DNA of 64,000 nucleotides from Candidatus Eiseniibacteriota bacterium (GTDB lineage: Bacteria; Eisenbacteria; RBG-16-71-46; DASYSL01), in the NCBI GenBank assembly GCA_046598045.1, contig JBKJJJ010000215.1:1-64000 (forward strand). The letters are read 5' to 3'. Below the pieces are notes generated by a model. That model ran no database searches. It saw nothing but the letters and a program-made list of their open reading frames with translations, and was not told the origin of the DNA. Shown here one piece after another: positions 37,033 through 46,100 of this stretch (positions are counted from its first letter, which is position 1; each line of letters starts with the position of its first letter). Both the position numbers and the translations under genes were made by a program.

Positions 37033-38234
37033 GCGACCTGTTCAAGGACGGGCGACCGCAGCTGTCGGACGACGAGGACCGTCGTCTCTGGCAGCGCGTG
37101 CGCGCGATCCCGGGCGAGGTCGAGGGCGTCGCTCCCGCGCGCGCGCCGCGCCTGCCGTGGTGGCGTGCCCTGTGGGCGATGCCCGCCGTGCGCTATGGGG
37201 CCCCCGCGCTCGCGGTGCTGCTGGTCGCCGTGGTCTGGGTCGCCGAGCGTTCCCCGGTGCCGCCGGCACGCGTGAACGCGCAGAAAGTCCTCGACCGCGC
37301 GCGGTCCCAGGAGGCCACCCCGTCGCCCGCGCCGATGCCCACGTCGGTGACCGCGTCCGCGCCCACAGCCGCCAACGAGTTGAAGAAGGCGACCCCCGAG
37401 CTCGCGAGCAGCGCCGACAAGGAGCGGGACGCGAAGGAGGCCCCGATGCCAACGGGCGTGGACGCGCCGGCCGTCGTGCAGAGCGAGGAGTCCCGGCGGA
37501 CGTTCGCCGCCGAGCCGGTGCCCGTGCGCGAGGCGGCCAAGGCCCGCACCGAGGAGCGCGCACAAGCGCAGAAGGCCACGCCCGTCGCGCCGCCACCCGC
37601 CGTGCGCGGGGGCCGGGCGAATGAAGATCAGTTCAAGGTCGACGGGTTGCCGGTGAACCCGCCGAAGGACGCTTTGAGCGGCGGGGCGGCGAAGGCGCCG
37701 GCATCGACACCGGCCCCGGGCGCGAACGGGGGAGCGGTCCAATCCCGGTATCGAGACTCGGGGCCCGGAGCCGGTTTGGTCCTGCCTCCGACCGGTGTGA
37801 CCGATCGCCTCGCGGCGGGCACGCTGCCCGGAGCTGCCGACCTCGCGCAACACCCGATCGTCCGCGACATCACGAGCGGAAGAGCCTTCAAGGCGTTTGT
37901 CGCGATCTCTGAGCCCACACTGTGGGCGCCAGAAGGCAACGCGAGCTACAAGGTCTTCCTCTTGGGGTTCCCCGGCGGGGTTTCGGTGGAGGCTGGCTCG
38001 ATTTCCGTCACCGGCGAACATCCGGTGCCCTTTGAAAACGCAACTGCCCCGGCAAGACTCGCCGTGCTGGCCTCGCTGTTCGAGCAGGCGCTCGTTCAGA
38101 CGCCGCCCTCGCGCGCGCGCATCGAGGCCCTGCGCGAGGAAGTCCGGCGGATCGACGCCGCCGAGGGCGGCTATGGCCGCACGCGCCTGCTCGCGCTGCT
38201 CGCCGGCGCGCTGAAGGCGCTGCCCGCGCGTTAG
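37029..38234 (+). CDS. Putative anti-sigma membrane protein
   Basis: ATGA-coupled to the sigma gene; one TM helix, long low-complexity linker and a YfbK/DUF3520-like C-terminal helix pair. Confidence 0.65.
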   Translation: MSDLFKDGRPQLSDDEDRRLWQRVRAIPGEVEGVAPARAPRLPWWRALWAMPAVRYGAPALAVLLVAVVWVAERSPVPPARVNAQKVLDRARSQEATPSPAPMPTSVTASAPTAANELKKATPELASSADKERDAKEAPMPTGVDAPAVVQSEESRRTFAAEPVPVREAAKARTEERAQAQKATPVAPPPAVRGGRANEDQFKVDGLPVNPPKDALSGGAAKAPASTPAPGANGGAVQSRYRDSGPGAGLVLPPTGVTDRLAAGTLPGAADLAQHPIVRDITSGRAFKAFVAISEPTLWAPEGNASYKVFLLGFPGGVSVEAGSISVTGEHPVPFENATAPARLAVLASLFEQALVQTPPSRARIEALREEVRRIDAAEGGYGRTRLLALLAGALKALPAR

Positions 38235-39994
38235 AACCGGTTGGCGGCGGGCGTGGGCCGGGTGTATACGGAGTCGTTTACGGCGCGCTCGACGATGCGC
38301 AAATCCCCGTCCACGCCGAAGCGCAGGAACTCGTCCCGCACCAGCAACTCGGGCCGGAACGCGACCACGGCCACCCGCACATCGCCCTGCTCGTACACGT
38401 CCGCGAACGAGACCGGCAACTCGAACGCCGGGATCAGGTCGGCGGGCAGGCGCACGTTCACGCCCTTGAGGCCGATCCGCCGGAGCAGGACAACCATCGA
38501 GTCCGGGTGCATCGCGATCCCGCAGCGGCCGAAGCGGTTCTGCTCCTCGAACACGGCGCGCACCTTGGCCCACGACTTTTCGTCGAGATCGAACGCGAGA
38601 CGGATCTGGTCGCGGCGCATGAGCGGGCGCCCGACGATCCTGCTGTCCCCGAGCGTGAAGTGGATGGTGGCCTGCGCCTCGTGCGTTTGTGGGCGGATGA
38701 CCCCGGTGAGCGTCTGCCGGGTCGAGAAGCCCCGGCACACCACCGAGGCCAGCGCCGTTGGTTCCCACGAGGCCGCGAACGTCGCTGCGCCCCCGGCCCC
38801 GGTGATGTGGACCGGCAGCGTGACATCGAGGGCGTCCGGCGGCTTGAAGCGGACCTTCGGCTCCCCGGGCGTCTCGAGCCGGCCGACGAGGTGCCGCACG
38901 CGCACGTCCACCCGGATCCGGCCCGCGCCGACACGCTTGCCCAGCAGCTTGACCTTGATCTCCTGGTCGATGGTCTCATGGATCTCCGGCTTGAAGTCCA
39001 CGCGCGCCCCGGTGCGGTACCGGCGCGCGACCCGGTAGGCCAGCTCGGCCAGCACCGACCGCGGGGTGAGGATCACGAGGTCGCGGTCGGCGAGCAGAAT
39101 CGCGCGCCAGATCGAATCCTGCGCGGCGAACGCGCGCACGCTGTCGCCCAGCGCCTCGACGGTGGCGGCGGTGGCGCGCTCGGGGCGTTGGCCCTCCCGC
39201 AGCGAAGGAAGCTCCCAGGGCGCGCGGGGCGCGCGCGGGCCGACGCCCGTTGAGTCGGTCTCGGGCAGGAGGCTCAGGTTGACGACCAGGCGGTTCTCGA
39301 GCGCGACCACCGAGCTCAGGCGGATCGACAACGGGACGAGCGCCTCGGGCAGCGCGAGGTCGCCCTCGACCGGGGGCAAGCGCAGGCGGGATTCGATCTT
39401 GAGTGGCAGATGAATGGCCGACTGTAAATCGTTCCACTCCTGCAGTTTCTGGATGCTGAAAAAGCGGATTGCGGGGTTCGTCACCACCGCCAGCGCTCCG
39501 GTGCCCGTGCGCACCACCTGGAGGTCCGTGATCTCGAGCCGCGGCTTGAGCTGCCCCGTGCTGTCGTCCACGCCCGCGATGCCGAGCCGGCCGCTGAGGA
39601 CGAGTTCGGCGAACAGCGTCGAGTCGGAAGCGACCATGCCGCGGCCTCTCAGCGTCACCACCGCGAGTCCGTCGAGCAGGTCCACCTTCGCCGAGTCGAG
39701 CCGCGCGACATAGCGACCACCGTCGAACGCGCGCGTGAACGGCAGGGAGGAGGCGACGATCTTCTGCAGGAAGTCGTCGCGCACGGCGATCGTGACGTCG
39801 TTCGCCGGCAGGAGCGTGCCCTGGGTGCGGCGGGAGAGGTAACGCCTGAGCGCGGCGACCTGCTCGCCGCGGCGCTCGGCTTCGACTACGGAGGCGGGGC
39901 GCGCGAGGCTCGAGCTCAGCCGCTGGAAGAGCACCAGCCCGACTGCGAGCGCGATCAGGAGCAGCAGGCCCAGCACCAGCGGGAAGCGTCGCAT
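38231..39994 (-). CDS. Membrane-anchored hypothetical protein
   Basis: N-terminal hydrophobic anchor and beta-rich repeated domains; normal coding composition. Confidence 0.7.
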   Translation of the reverse strand: MRRFPLVLGLLLLIALAVGLVLFQRLSSSLARPASVVEAERRGEQVAALRRYLSRRTQGTLLPANDVTIAVRDDFLQKIVASSLPFTRAFDGGRYVARLDSAKVDLLDGLAVVTLRGRGMVASDSTLFAELVLSGRLGIAGVDDSTGQLKPRLEITDLQVVRTGTGALAVVTNPAIRFFSIQKLQEWNDLQSAIHLPLKIESRLRLPPVEGDLALPEALVPLSIRLSSVVALENRLVVNLSLLPETDSTGVGPRAPRAPWELPSLREGQRPERATAATVEALGDSVRAFAAQDSIWRAILLADRDLVILTPRSVLAELAYRVARRYRTGARVDFKPEIHETIDQEIKVKLLGKRVGAGRIRVDVRVRHLVGRLETPGEPKVRFKPPDALDVTLPVHITGAGGAATFAASWEPTALASVVCRGFSTRQTLTGVIRPQTHEAQATIHFTLGDSRIVGRPLMRRDQIRLAFDLDEKSWAKVRAVFEEQNRFGRCGIAMHPDSMVVLLRRIGLKGVNVRLPADLIPAFELPVSFADVYEQGDVRVAVVAFRPELLVRDEFLRFGVDGDLRIVERAVNDSVYTRPTPAANRF

Positions 39995-40025
39995 GGCCGC
40001 AGCATGTCACACCCGGAGCGGCGCG

Positions 40026-41120
40026 TCAGCCCCCGGTCGGGGGCGTGAAGACGAACGGGATGTCGAACAGGAACCGGCTCTCGGAAGAGTGCGGGAAGCG
40101 CCACTCGCGGGCCTGGCCCAGCACGCAGTTGTCGAGATCGGAATCGCCCAGGGTCGAGCGCACGACCGAGGCCTCGCTCACGCTACCGTCGCCGGCCACC
40201 GTGAGGCGGATCACGATCTGGCCGCTCGCGCCCGCGCGCTTGGTGAGCAGGCGGTTGTAGCAGAAGCGCACCGCCGCCGCGTGGCGCTGAACGACCGCCA
40301 TGAGCGCCCCGGCCGTGCGGCCCTCGGCCGCCGCGTCGCCGCCGCCGGCGACCGCCGCGGGCGCCGCGATGCGCACCTGCGCGCGGCCCACGCCGCCACC
40401 GCCGCCTCCCGCCCCCGCGCCCGCCGTGCCGCGGCCGCCGAGCCCGCCCCTGTCCGCGTTGCCCAGGATCTCGTCCACGCCGCCGAGGTCGGCGCCCGAG
40501 CGCGCGTGCGCGCCCGGCGTGCCCTCGCGGCGGGAAATGCCGCTGCCGGCGGCGCCCTCCCTCAGGGCGCGGCCGCCGCGATTGCTCGCCACCACGCCCG
40601 TGAAGTCGCCGACGATGCGGTCCACCTCGGCCAGCGTGCCCGTGGCGGCCATCGCCTGCGCGACTCCTGCCGCCATCTGCGCGCCCTTGACGCCCGCGTT
40701 GCTTCCGCCGCCGCCACGGGGTCCGCCGGAGCCCGGCTCGTTGGTCGGCACGCCGCTCGCGTCGGGCGGCGGCGCCTGGTGCGAGATGCGGGTCTCGGGC
40801 GCCGTGGGCTTGGGCTCCTCGGTCGGATCGGCCGAGCGCGGGGCGATGCCCTCGGCCGGGACGGCGGCGCGCTCGGGCGTCGACAGCTTCGCGAGGTCCG
40901 ACTGGTTGAGCAGGAGGCGCGATACGCGCTTGGGCAACTGGTCGAAGGTCATCGACTCGATCGGGCGGATCGGCGTATTGGAAACCAGCCACAGGAACAG
41001 CGCGCCCAGGGTCAGGAAGACCAGGTGGCTGACCATCGCCGGTTTGTCGAGGGTCTCGAACGGGCCGGGCCGGAAGTCGTCGAAGAGCTCGTTCTGGGCG
41101 GCGCGTGCGCGGGTCGTCAT
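40026..41120 (-). CDS. AgmX/PglI C-terminal (TonB-C-like) domain protein, GltG-like
   Basis: TM with S-H-L (MVSHLVFL), Gly-rich linker and GRTAGALMAVVQRHAAAVRFCYNRLLTKRAGASGQI...LDNCVL...WRFP...PFVF. Confidence 0.85.
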   Translation of the reverse strand: MTTRARAAQNELFDDFRPGPFETLDKPAMVSHLVFLTLGALFLWLVSNTPIRPIESMTFDQLPKRVSRLLLNQSDLAKLSTPERAAVPAEGIAPRSADPTEEPKPTAPETRISHQAPPPDASGVPTNEPGSGGPRGGGGSNAGVKGAQMAAGVAQAMAATGTLAEVDRIVGDFTGVVASNRGGRALREGAAGSGISRREGTPGAHARSGADLGGVDEILGNADRGGLGGRGTAGAGAGGGGGGVGRAQVRIAAPAAVAGGGDAAAEGRTAGALMAVVQRHAAAVRFCYNRLLTKRAGASGQIVIRLTVAGDGSVSEASVVRSTLGDSDLDNCVLGQAREWRFPHSSESRFLFDIPFVFTPPTGG

Positions 41121-41629
41121 TTCTGGATCACCGCCAGCGTGATGTCGTAGAAGCCGACGGTCTGGCTCGTGTACATGACCTTCTGCAGGACCTGGAAGGG
41201 GATCGTCTCGTCCGCCTGCAGGATCAGCTTGCCTTCGAACTTGCGGGCACTGCCGGCGCGCTCGGCCAACCCTTCGGTCTTCTGGCGCACCGCGGCGAGC
41301 GCCTGCTCGAGCGCCGGTACCTTGAGCTCGCCGAGCTGCACCACGTCCTCGGTCGGGCACACGGCCTCGCCGTCGACCACGACCTGGCTCTTGGTCACGA
41401 CCACCACGGGCGCCTCCTTGAACGAAGCGGTCGAGGTGGACGGCGGGAGCGTCACGCCCGGGAACGGCGACACCACGGCGCCGCCCACGACCAGGCTCTT
41501 GAGCAGGAACAAAAGCAGCACCGTGAAGATGTCGATCAGCGAGGTCAGCTGGAGCCGCGCGACCGCGGCCTGCTCGCTGCCGCGGCGCTTGCGCTCGCGA
41601 ATCGCCGTGCCGACGAGGTAGCCCCTCAT
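41117..41629 (-). CDS. exbD: ExbD/TolR family protein (AglS-like)
   Basis: LQLTSLIDIFTVLLLFLLKS and LILQADETIPFQVLQKVMYT...GF..I.LAV. Confidence 0.9.
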   Translation of the reverse strand: MRGYLVGTAIRERKRRGSEQAAVARLQLTSLIDIFTVLLLFLLKSLVVGGAVVSPFPGVTLPPSTSTASFKEAPVVVVTKSQVVVDGEAVCPTEDVVQLGELKVPALEQALAAVRQKTEGLAERAGSARKFEGKLILQADETIPFQVLQKVMYTSQTVGFYDITLAVIQK

Positions 41630-42075
41630 TGCTGGGCCCCCAGCAGCGTGGAGTTGCCGAAGCCGGCCTCGCGCACCTGGTCCATGACCTGGACCACGTC
41701 GCGGTAGGGCACCTGCGGCGACACCACGAGGATCGCGCCGCCCGAGGTCGGGAAGCGGGCATGCACGTTGTCGAGCTGGGCGCGCAGTTGCTGGATCGGA
41801 TCGGACCCGGCGGCCATCCGATCGATCGGCGCATAGGCGCTGTCGGGCACGCCCTCGACCGCGTAGGTCGAGTCGGCCAGGCGCACCGCGAGTGCAAGCG
41901 GGCTCGCGCTCGCCGCGCCGCCCGTGCCCGGAAAGTCGAGCCCGAGCGCCGACACCGGCACGAAGACCGCCGAGTACAGGAGCGCCGGCACGAGCGCGAC
42001 GAACAGGCTCATGAGCGGCAGGAGGTTCAACTCCTCCGGCTCGGCCGGTCCGCGCTTCTTCTTACGAAGAGGCAT
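41626..42075 (-). CDS. exbD: ExbD/TolR family protein (AglQ-like, Asp-less TM)
   Basis: ELNLLPLMSLFVALVPALL and VPYRDVVQVMDQVREAGF. Confidence 0.88.
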   Translation of the reverse strand: MPLRKKKRGPAEPEELNLLPLMSLFVALVPALLYSAVFVPVSALGLDFPGTGGAASASPLALAVRLADSTYAVEGVPDSAYAPIDRMAAGSDPIQQLRAQLDNVHARFPTSGGAILVVSPQVPYRDVVQVMDQVREAGFGNSTLLGAQQ

Positions 42076-42778
42076 GGCCGCCGTTCGCCGGGGTGCTCGT
42101 GGCGGTGGTCATCGGGATCACGTTCTTCGGCTGGTCCAGGCCCGACATGGCGTGGATCAGCTTGACCGACGTGGCCTCGACGTCGTCGGTGATCGAGGTC
42201 ACCTGCGACGAGAAGAACGAGTGGATGAACAGCGTCGGGACGGCGACGATCAGGCCGAACGCGGTGCAGTTGAGCGCCTCCGCGATGCCGGCCGCGAGGA
42301 ACGCCGATCGCTGCGCCGGGTCGGCCTGGCCGACCGCGCTGAACGAGTAGATCAGCCCCGACACCGTGCCCAGCAGGCCGAGCAGCGTCGACGCATTGGC
42401 GAGCATCGCGATGTAGAGGATGCGCTTGGAGAGCGGCGGCAGCGCAACCGAGGCGGCCGAATCCGCGGTGGCGAACAGCTCGGCCTCGACCTCGAGCGCG
42501 TTCGAGCCGCGCGTCGGGCGCTCGAGGATCGCGGTCGCGACCTGCGCCAGCGGGGCCTCGGAATCATGGCAGAAGCGCGCCGCCTCGTCCTTGCGCCCGC
42601 CGCGGATCAGCGGTACGACGCGCTCGGTCAAGCGCTTGCTCGAGATGCGGGCCTTGACCATGATCACCCACCAGCGCTCGGCCGTGATCGCCAGCGTGAT
42701 CACGGCGATGCCGAAGATGGGGTACATGAACGGGCCGCCCGCCTTGAAGAACGTGGCGAACATGGTCAACGGATTCAT
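42062..42778 (-). CDS. exbB: MotA/TolQ/ExbB proton channel (AglR-like)
   Basis: GGPFMYPI, TLLGLLGTVSGLI.SF and LAAGIAEALNCTAFGLIVAVP. Confidence 0.93.
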   Translation of the reverse strand: MNPLTMFATFFKAGGPFMYPIFGIAVITLAITAERWWVIMVKARISSKRLTERVVPLIRGGRKDEAARFCHDSEAPLAQVATAILERPTRGSNALEVEAELFATADSAASVALPPLSKRILYIAMLANASTLLGLLGTVSGLIYSFSAVGQADPAQRSAFLAAGIAEALNCTAFGLIVAVPTLFIHSFFSSQVTSITDDVEATSVKLIHAMSGLDQPKNVIPMTTATSTPANGGHASS

Positions 42779-43158
42779 CGGCTCCCTCCGGGTGTCGGTA
42801 TGGCGCGCAGGGGTTCGATCCTCCGCACGCGCACGGTTACGGGCGACGACAGGGCCGCCGTGAAATCATCTCTCAGGTAGGACGGGTGCTTGGGCGCGGC
42901 CTCGAGCGCGAGCGTCGGACCCGTGTGGACGAACAGGACGCGCGGCGCCTCGGAGCGGCCCTCGATCGTCTGCGCCGCGAGCGTGAGCGGGCGGTGCGGC
43001 GCGGCGGTCGCGAGTCGCGCGGACTTCACGGCCGGCCTCGCGGCCGGCTTCGCGGTGGGCGCCGGCGGGGGGGCCGCGGACGCACCGGGGGCGAAGCGTC
43101 CCGCGCTGCACACGATCAGCGCGAGGGCGACGAACGATCCAGGGCGCAGTCGGCTCAC
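42775..43158 (-). CDS. Small secreted GltF/CglF-like protein
   Basis: Signal peptide, Pro/Ala linker, TIEGRSEAPRVLFV...RDDF motif; coupled to both neighbours. Confidence 0.6.
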   Translation of the reverse strand: MSRLRPGSFVALALIVCSAGRFAPGASAAPPPAPTAKPAARPAVKSARLATAAPHRPLTLAAQTIEGRSEAPRVLFVHTGPTLALEAAPKHPSYLRDDFTAALSSPVTVRVRRIEPLRAIPTPGGSR

Positions 43159-46100
43159 GGTTGCTTCTCCTCGGCCATGCGATCGGCCAGGGTCTCGTCG
43201 AAGGACGCGCCCAACGTCAGGAAGCGTTCGAAATCACGGCGCGCGGCCGCGCGATCGAGGCGATAGAAACGCCCGAAGAGCGCCCGGTTCATGAGCGCTC
43301 CCGGCTGGCGGGGATCGAGCTCGAGGGCCTTGTTCCAAGCCCGCTCGGCCTCGCCCCACGACCCCCGAAGTTGGCGCACCACTCCCAGATCATTCCAGAT
43401 TTCGGCCCGCGTCGGGTACAACTTGAGGGCCGCCTCGCACCATTGCGCGGCAAGATCAACCTGCTGATCTGCAACGTATTGCGAGATCCATCGCAAGCGG
43501 TTTCGAAGGTCCTCGAGCGCACCGGCGTCGAGCGCCGTCGAATCGACCGCCCCGACGTGTGGCTCGGCCCCGGCGACCAGCCCGCCGGAACCATCCTGCC
43601 CCGGAAGGTCGGTGGCCGCAAGCCGCCATGGCAGGTGCTGCTGGAGCCGGGGCTCGAGCCGCTCCCAGATCCGGCCCCGCCAGCCGCCCTGCGGCCGGCG
43701 CGCGCGCGCCACCGAGTCCGTGTCCGCGGATGCAGGCAGGCCCTCGAGCGTCGCGATCCAGAGGTCCTCGGCGCGCGTGTAAAAGCCGCGGGCCTGGGCG
43801 CCGATCGCGGCCCTGTACCCGGCGCTGTCGGCCGACGCCATGACCGAGGGCGGCGGTAGCGCCCCGAGGCGCGCACCCAGGTCGTCGAGCAGGAGCCCGG
43901 CGAAATACCCGCTCTCGGCCCAGTAGGGGCTCTCCACGGTGCGGGCCGCAGCCTTGAGGTTCTCGAGCGCCGGGCCGAGCGCGGCCAGCTTGCGATCGAG
44001 CGCCGGCTTGATCGGGTGCGCGATCGGGATCGCGAGGCACGAGTCGGCGAGTACGCGTCCGAGCACGAAGCGCGCGCGCACGTCGGCCTCGGCGTCGGGC
44101 GCGAAGCCGTCGGGCAGGCGCCCGCCGACGCGCCAGGGCGCGAGTGTCTGCGCCAGCTCGGCGCGGCGGCCGAGCTCGTATTGCAGCGTCGCCAGGTCGG
44201 CGAGCGCGCGCGTGCGCGCACGGCCGTCGGGAGACTGCTTGATCAGGCGCCGGTAGGTCGCCTCCGCGTCGGTGTAGCCGCCCGCCGCGCGGAATAGTCG
44301 GCCCGCCTGCTCCAGCGCCTCGACGCCGAGGGTCCCGCCCTCGGCCAGGCGGCCGCCGGCGAGGACCTGCGCTGCGCCCAGCGTGTCGCGCGCCGCGAGC
44401 GCCGCGTCGCCGCGCTTGAGCAGCGCGTCGTCGACCAGCTTGGATGCAGGGTAGCGCTCGCGCAGCGTCGCGAGGTGCTCGTCGGCCAGGCGGGGCTGGC
44501 CGCCCTGGAGCGCGGCCAGCCCGGCGCGGTAGAGCGCGACGTCGGCGCGCGCGAAGTTCGGGTAGCGGTCGGCCACGGTGCGGAACGTGCTGGCGGCCCG
44601 GGCACTGTCCGGCCCGGCCGCCTGGTCCTCGGCGGCCTTGAAGCGCGCCGAGGCCGCGAGGTCCGACAGGCGCGTCTCTTCGGCACGATCGCCCGCGGCC
44701 AGGTAGCCCGCGGCCGCCTCGGCGTAGGCCTTCTCGGCATCGAGCCAGCGGCTCTCCGCGAGCGCCACGCGCCCGAGCTCGGCCTGCGCGCGACGCGAGG
44801 CCTCGCTGGTGTCCCGGCCGGCGACGTGCTCGAACACGCGGCGGGCACGCGCGGGGTCCTCGTGCTCCTTCGCCCCGAGGGCGAGCGAGAGCCACAGCGG
44901 CGGTACGCGCGCGTCCCCGGGGGACTCGCTCTCGAGGCGGGTCACCGCGCGCTCGAGCGAGTCGCGAACGCCCGCGCTCCGGTAACCGTCGGCGGCGGCC
45001 ACGCGCTCCCGGGCGAGCGCCGCGCCGAACGCGGCCTCGCGCTTGACGTCCGCCGGCGCGCCGGGGATCGCGAGCGCGCGCTCGTGCGCCCGGGCGGACT
45101 CGTCGAACCGTCCGAGGTCGAACAGCGCCTCGCCCTCGGACGAAGCGGCGAGCGCGAGCGAGTCGCTCTGCGGGTAGAGCCGGGCGAGCTCGCGGTAGAG
45201 CCCGACGGCGCGGGTGAGCGCGGGCATGTCCTTGCGCGTCCGTCCGGCTTCGTGCGCCAGGAACGCAGCCTCGAGCAGCGCGCGCGCGCCCACGTCCTGG
45301 GCCTCTGCGCCGAGGCCCACGCCCTTGCCGCCCGGCCCGAAGAAGTGGCCGAGGTCGACGCGCGTGAGCTCGCGTTCGTCCGGCCGCGAACGCGCGTCCC
45401 ACGCGCCCAGGACCTTCTGCGCCAGCGCGAGGTTCTCGGGCCGCGTCGGTTCGCGCTCCATTGCGAGCCGCCACGCGCGCGCGGCGGCGTCGAACGCGCC
45501 GTCGTCGAAGTCCTGCTCGGCCATCGCGACCAGCAGCGCGTGGGCGTAGGGCGGGTTCGGGTGCCCGCTCAGGAAGCGGTCGGCCGCCGACGCGCCGCCC
45601 CCCTGGCGGAGCGCCTTCGCGAGCTGGGCGAGGCCGTCGTCGGCGATCTCGGGCGGCAGGTCGGGCAGCGCGAGCAGGCCGGCGAATGCCTCCGTGGCGG
45701 CGGCCGCGTCGCCGCGCTTGAGCGCCGCGAAGCCCTGCTTGTAGCGCGCGAGCGAGGCCAGTGGCCCGCCGCCCGCGGCGACCGCGCCGAAGTGCCCCTC
45801 GGCCTCGGCCCAGCGCTCGCCGTCGAGCGCGCGATCGCCGAGCTCGATGTGCGCCTCGCGTGCCAAGTCGGTCCCGGGCGCGGTCGCGAGCAGCTCGGCG
45901 AGGCGGCGGTCGGAGGTGGCGGGATCCCCCGCCTCGCGCGCCAGCGCCGCGAGGTTGAACAGCACTGCGTCGCGTCGCGCGAACGGCGGCGTTCCCGTGA
46001 GCAGCCGCTCGTAGCGCGCGACTGCCGGGGCGAAGTCGGGGGCGCCGCCGTGCGCGCGGGCCCGCGCGTAGGCGAGGCGGACCTCGAGGTCGGCGCGATT

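Noticed and set aside
40026..42778. Call as a standard Tol-Pal or TonB uptake locus
   Set aside because: No TolB, Pal or TonB-dependent receptor is adjacent; two ExbDs, an AgmX-type C-domain and TPR/GltF-like partners fit the Agl-Glt type better.
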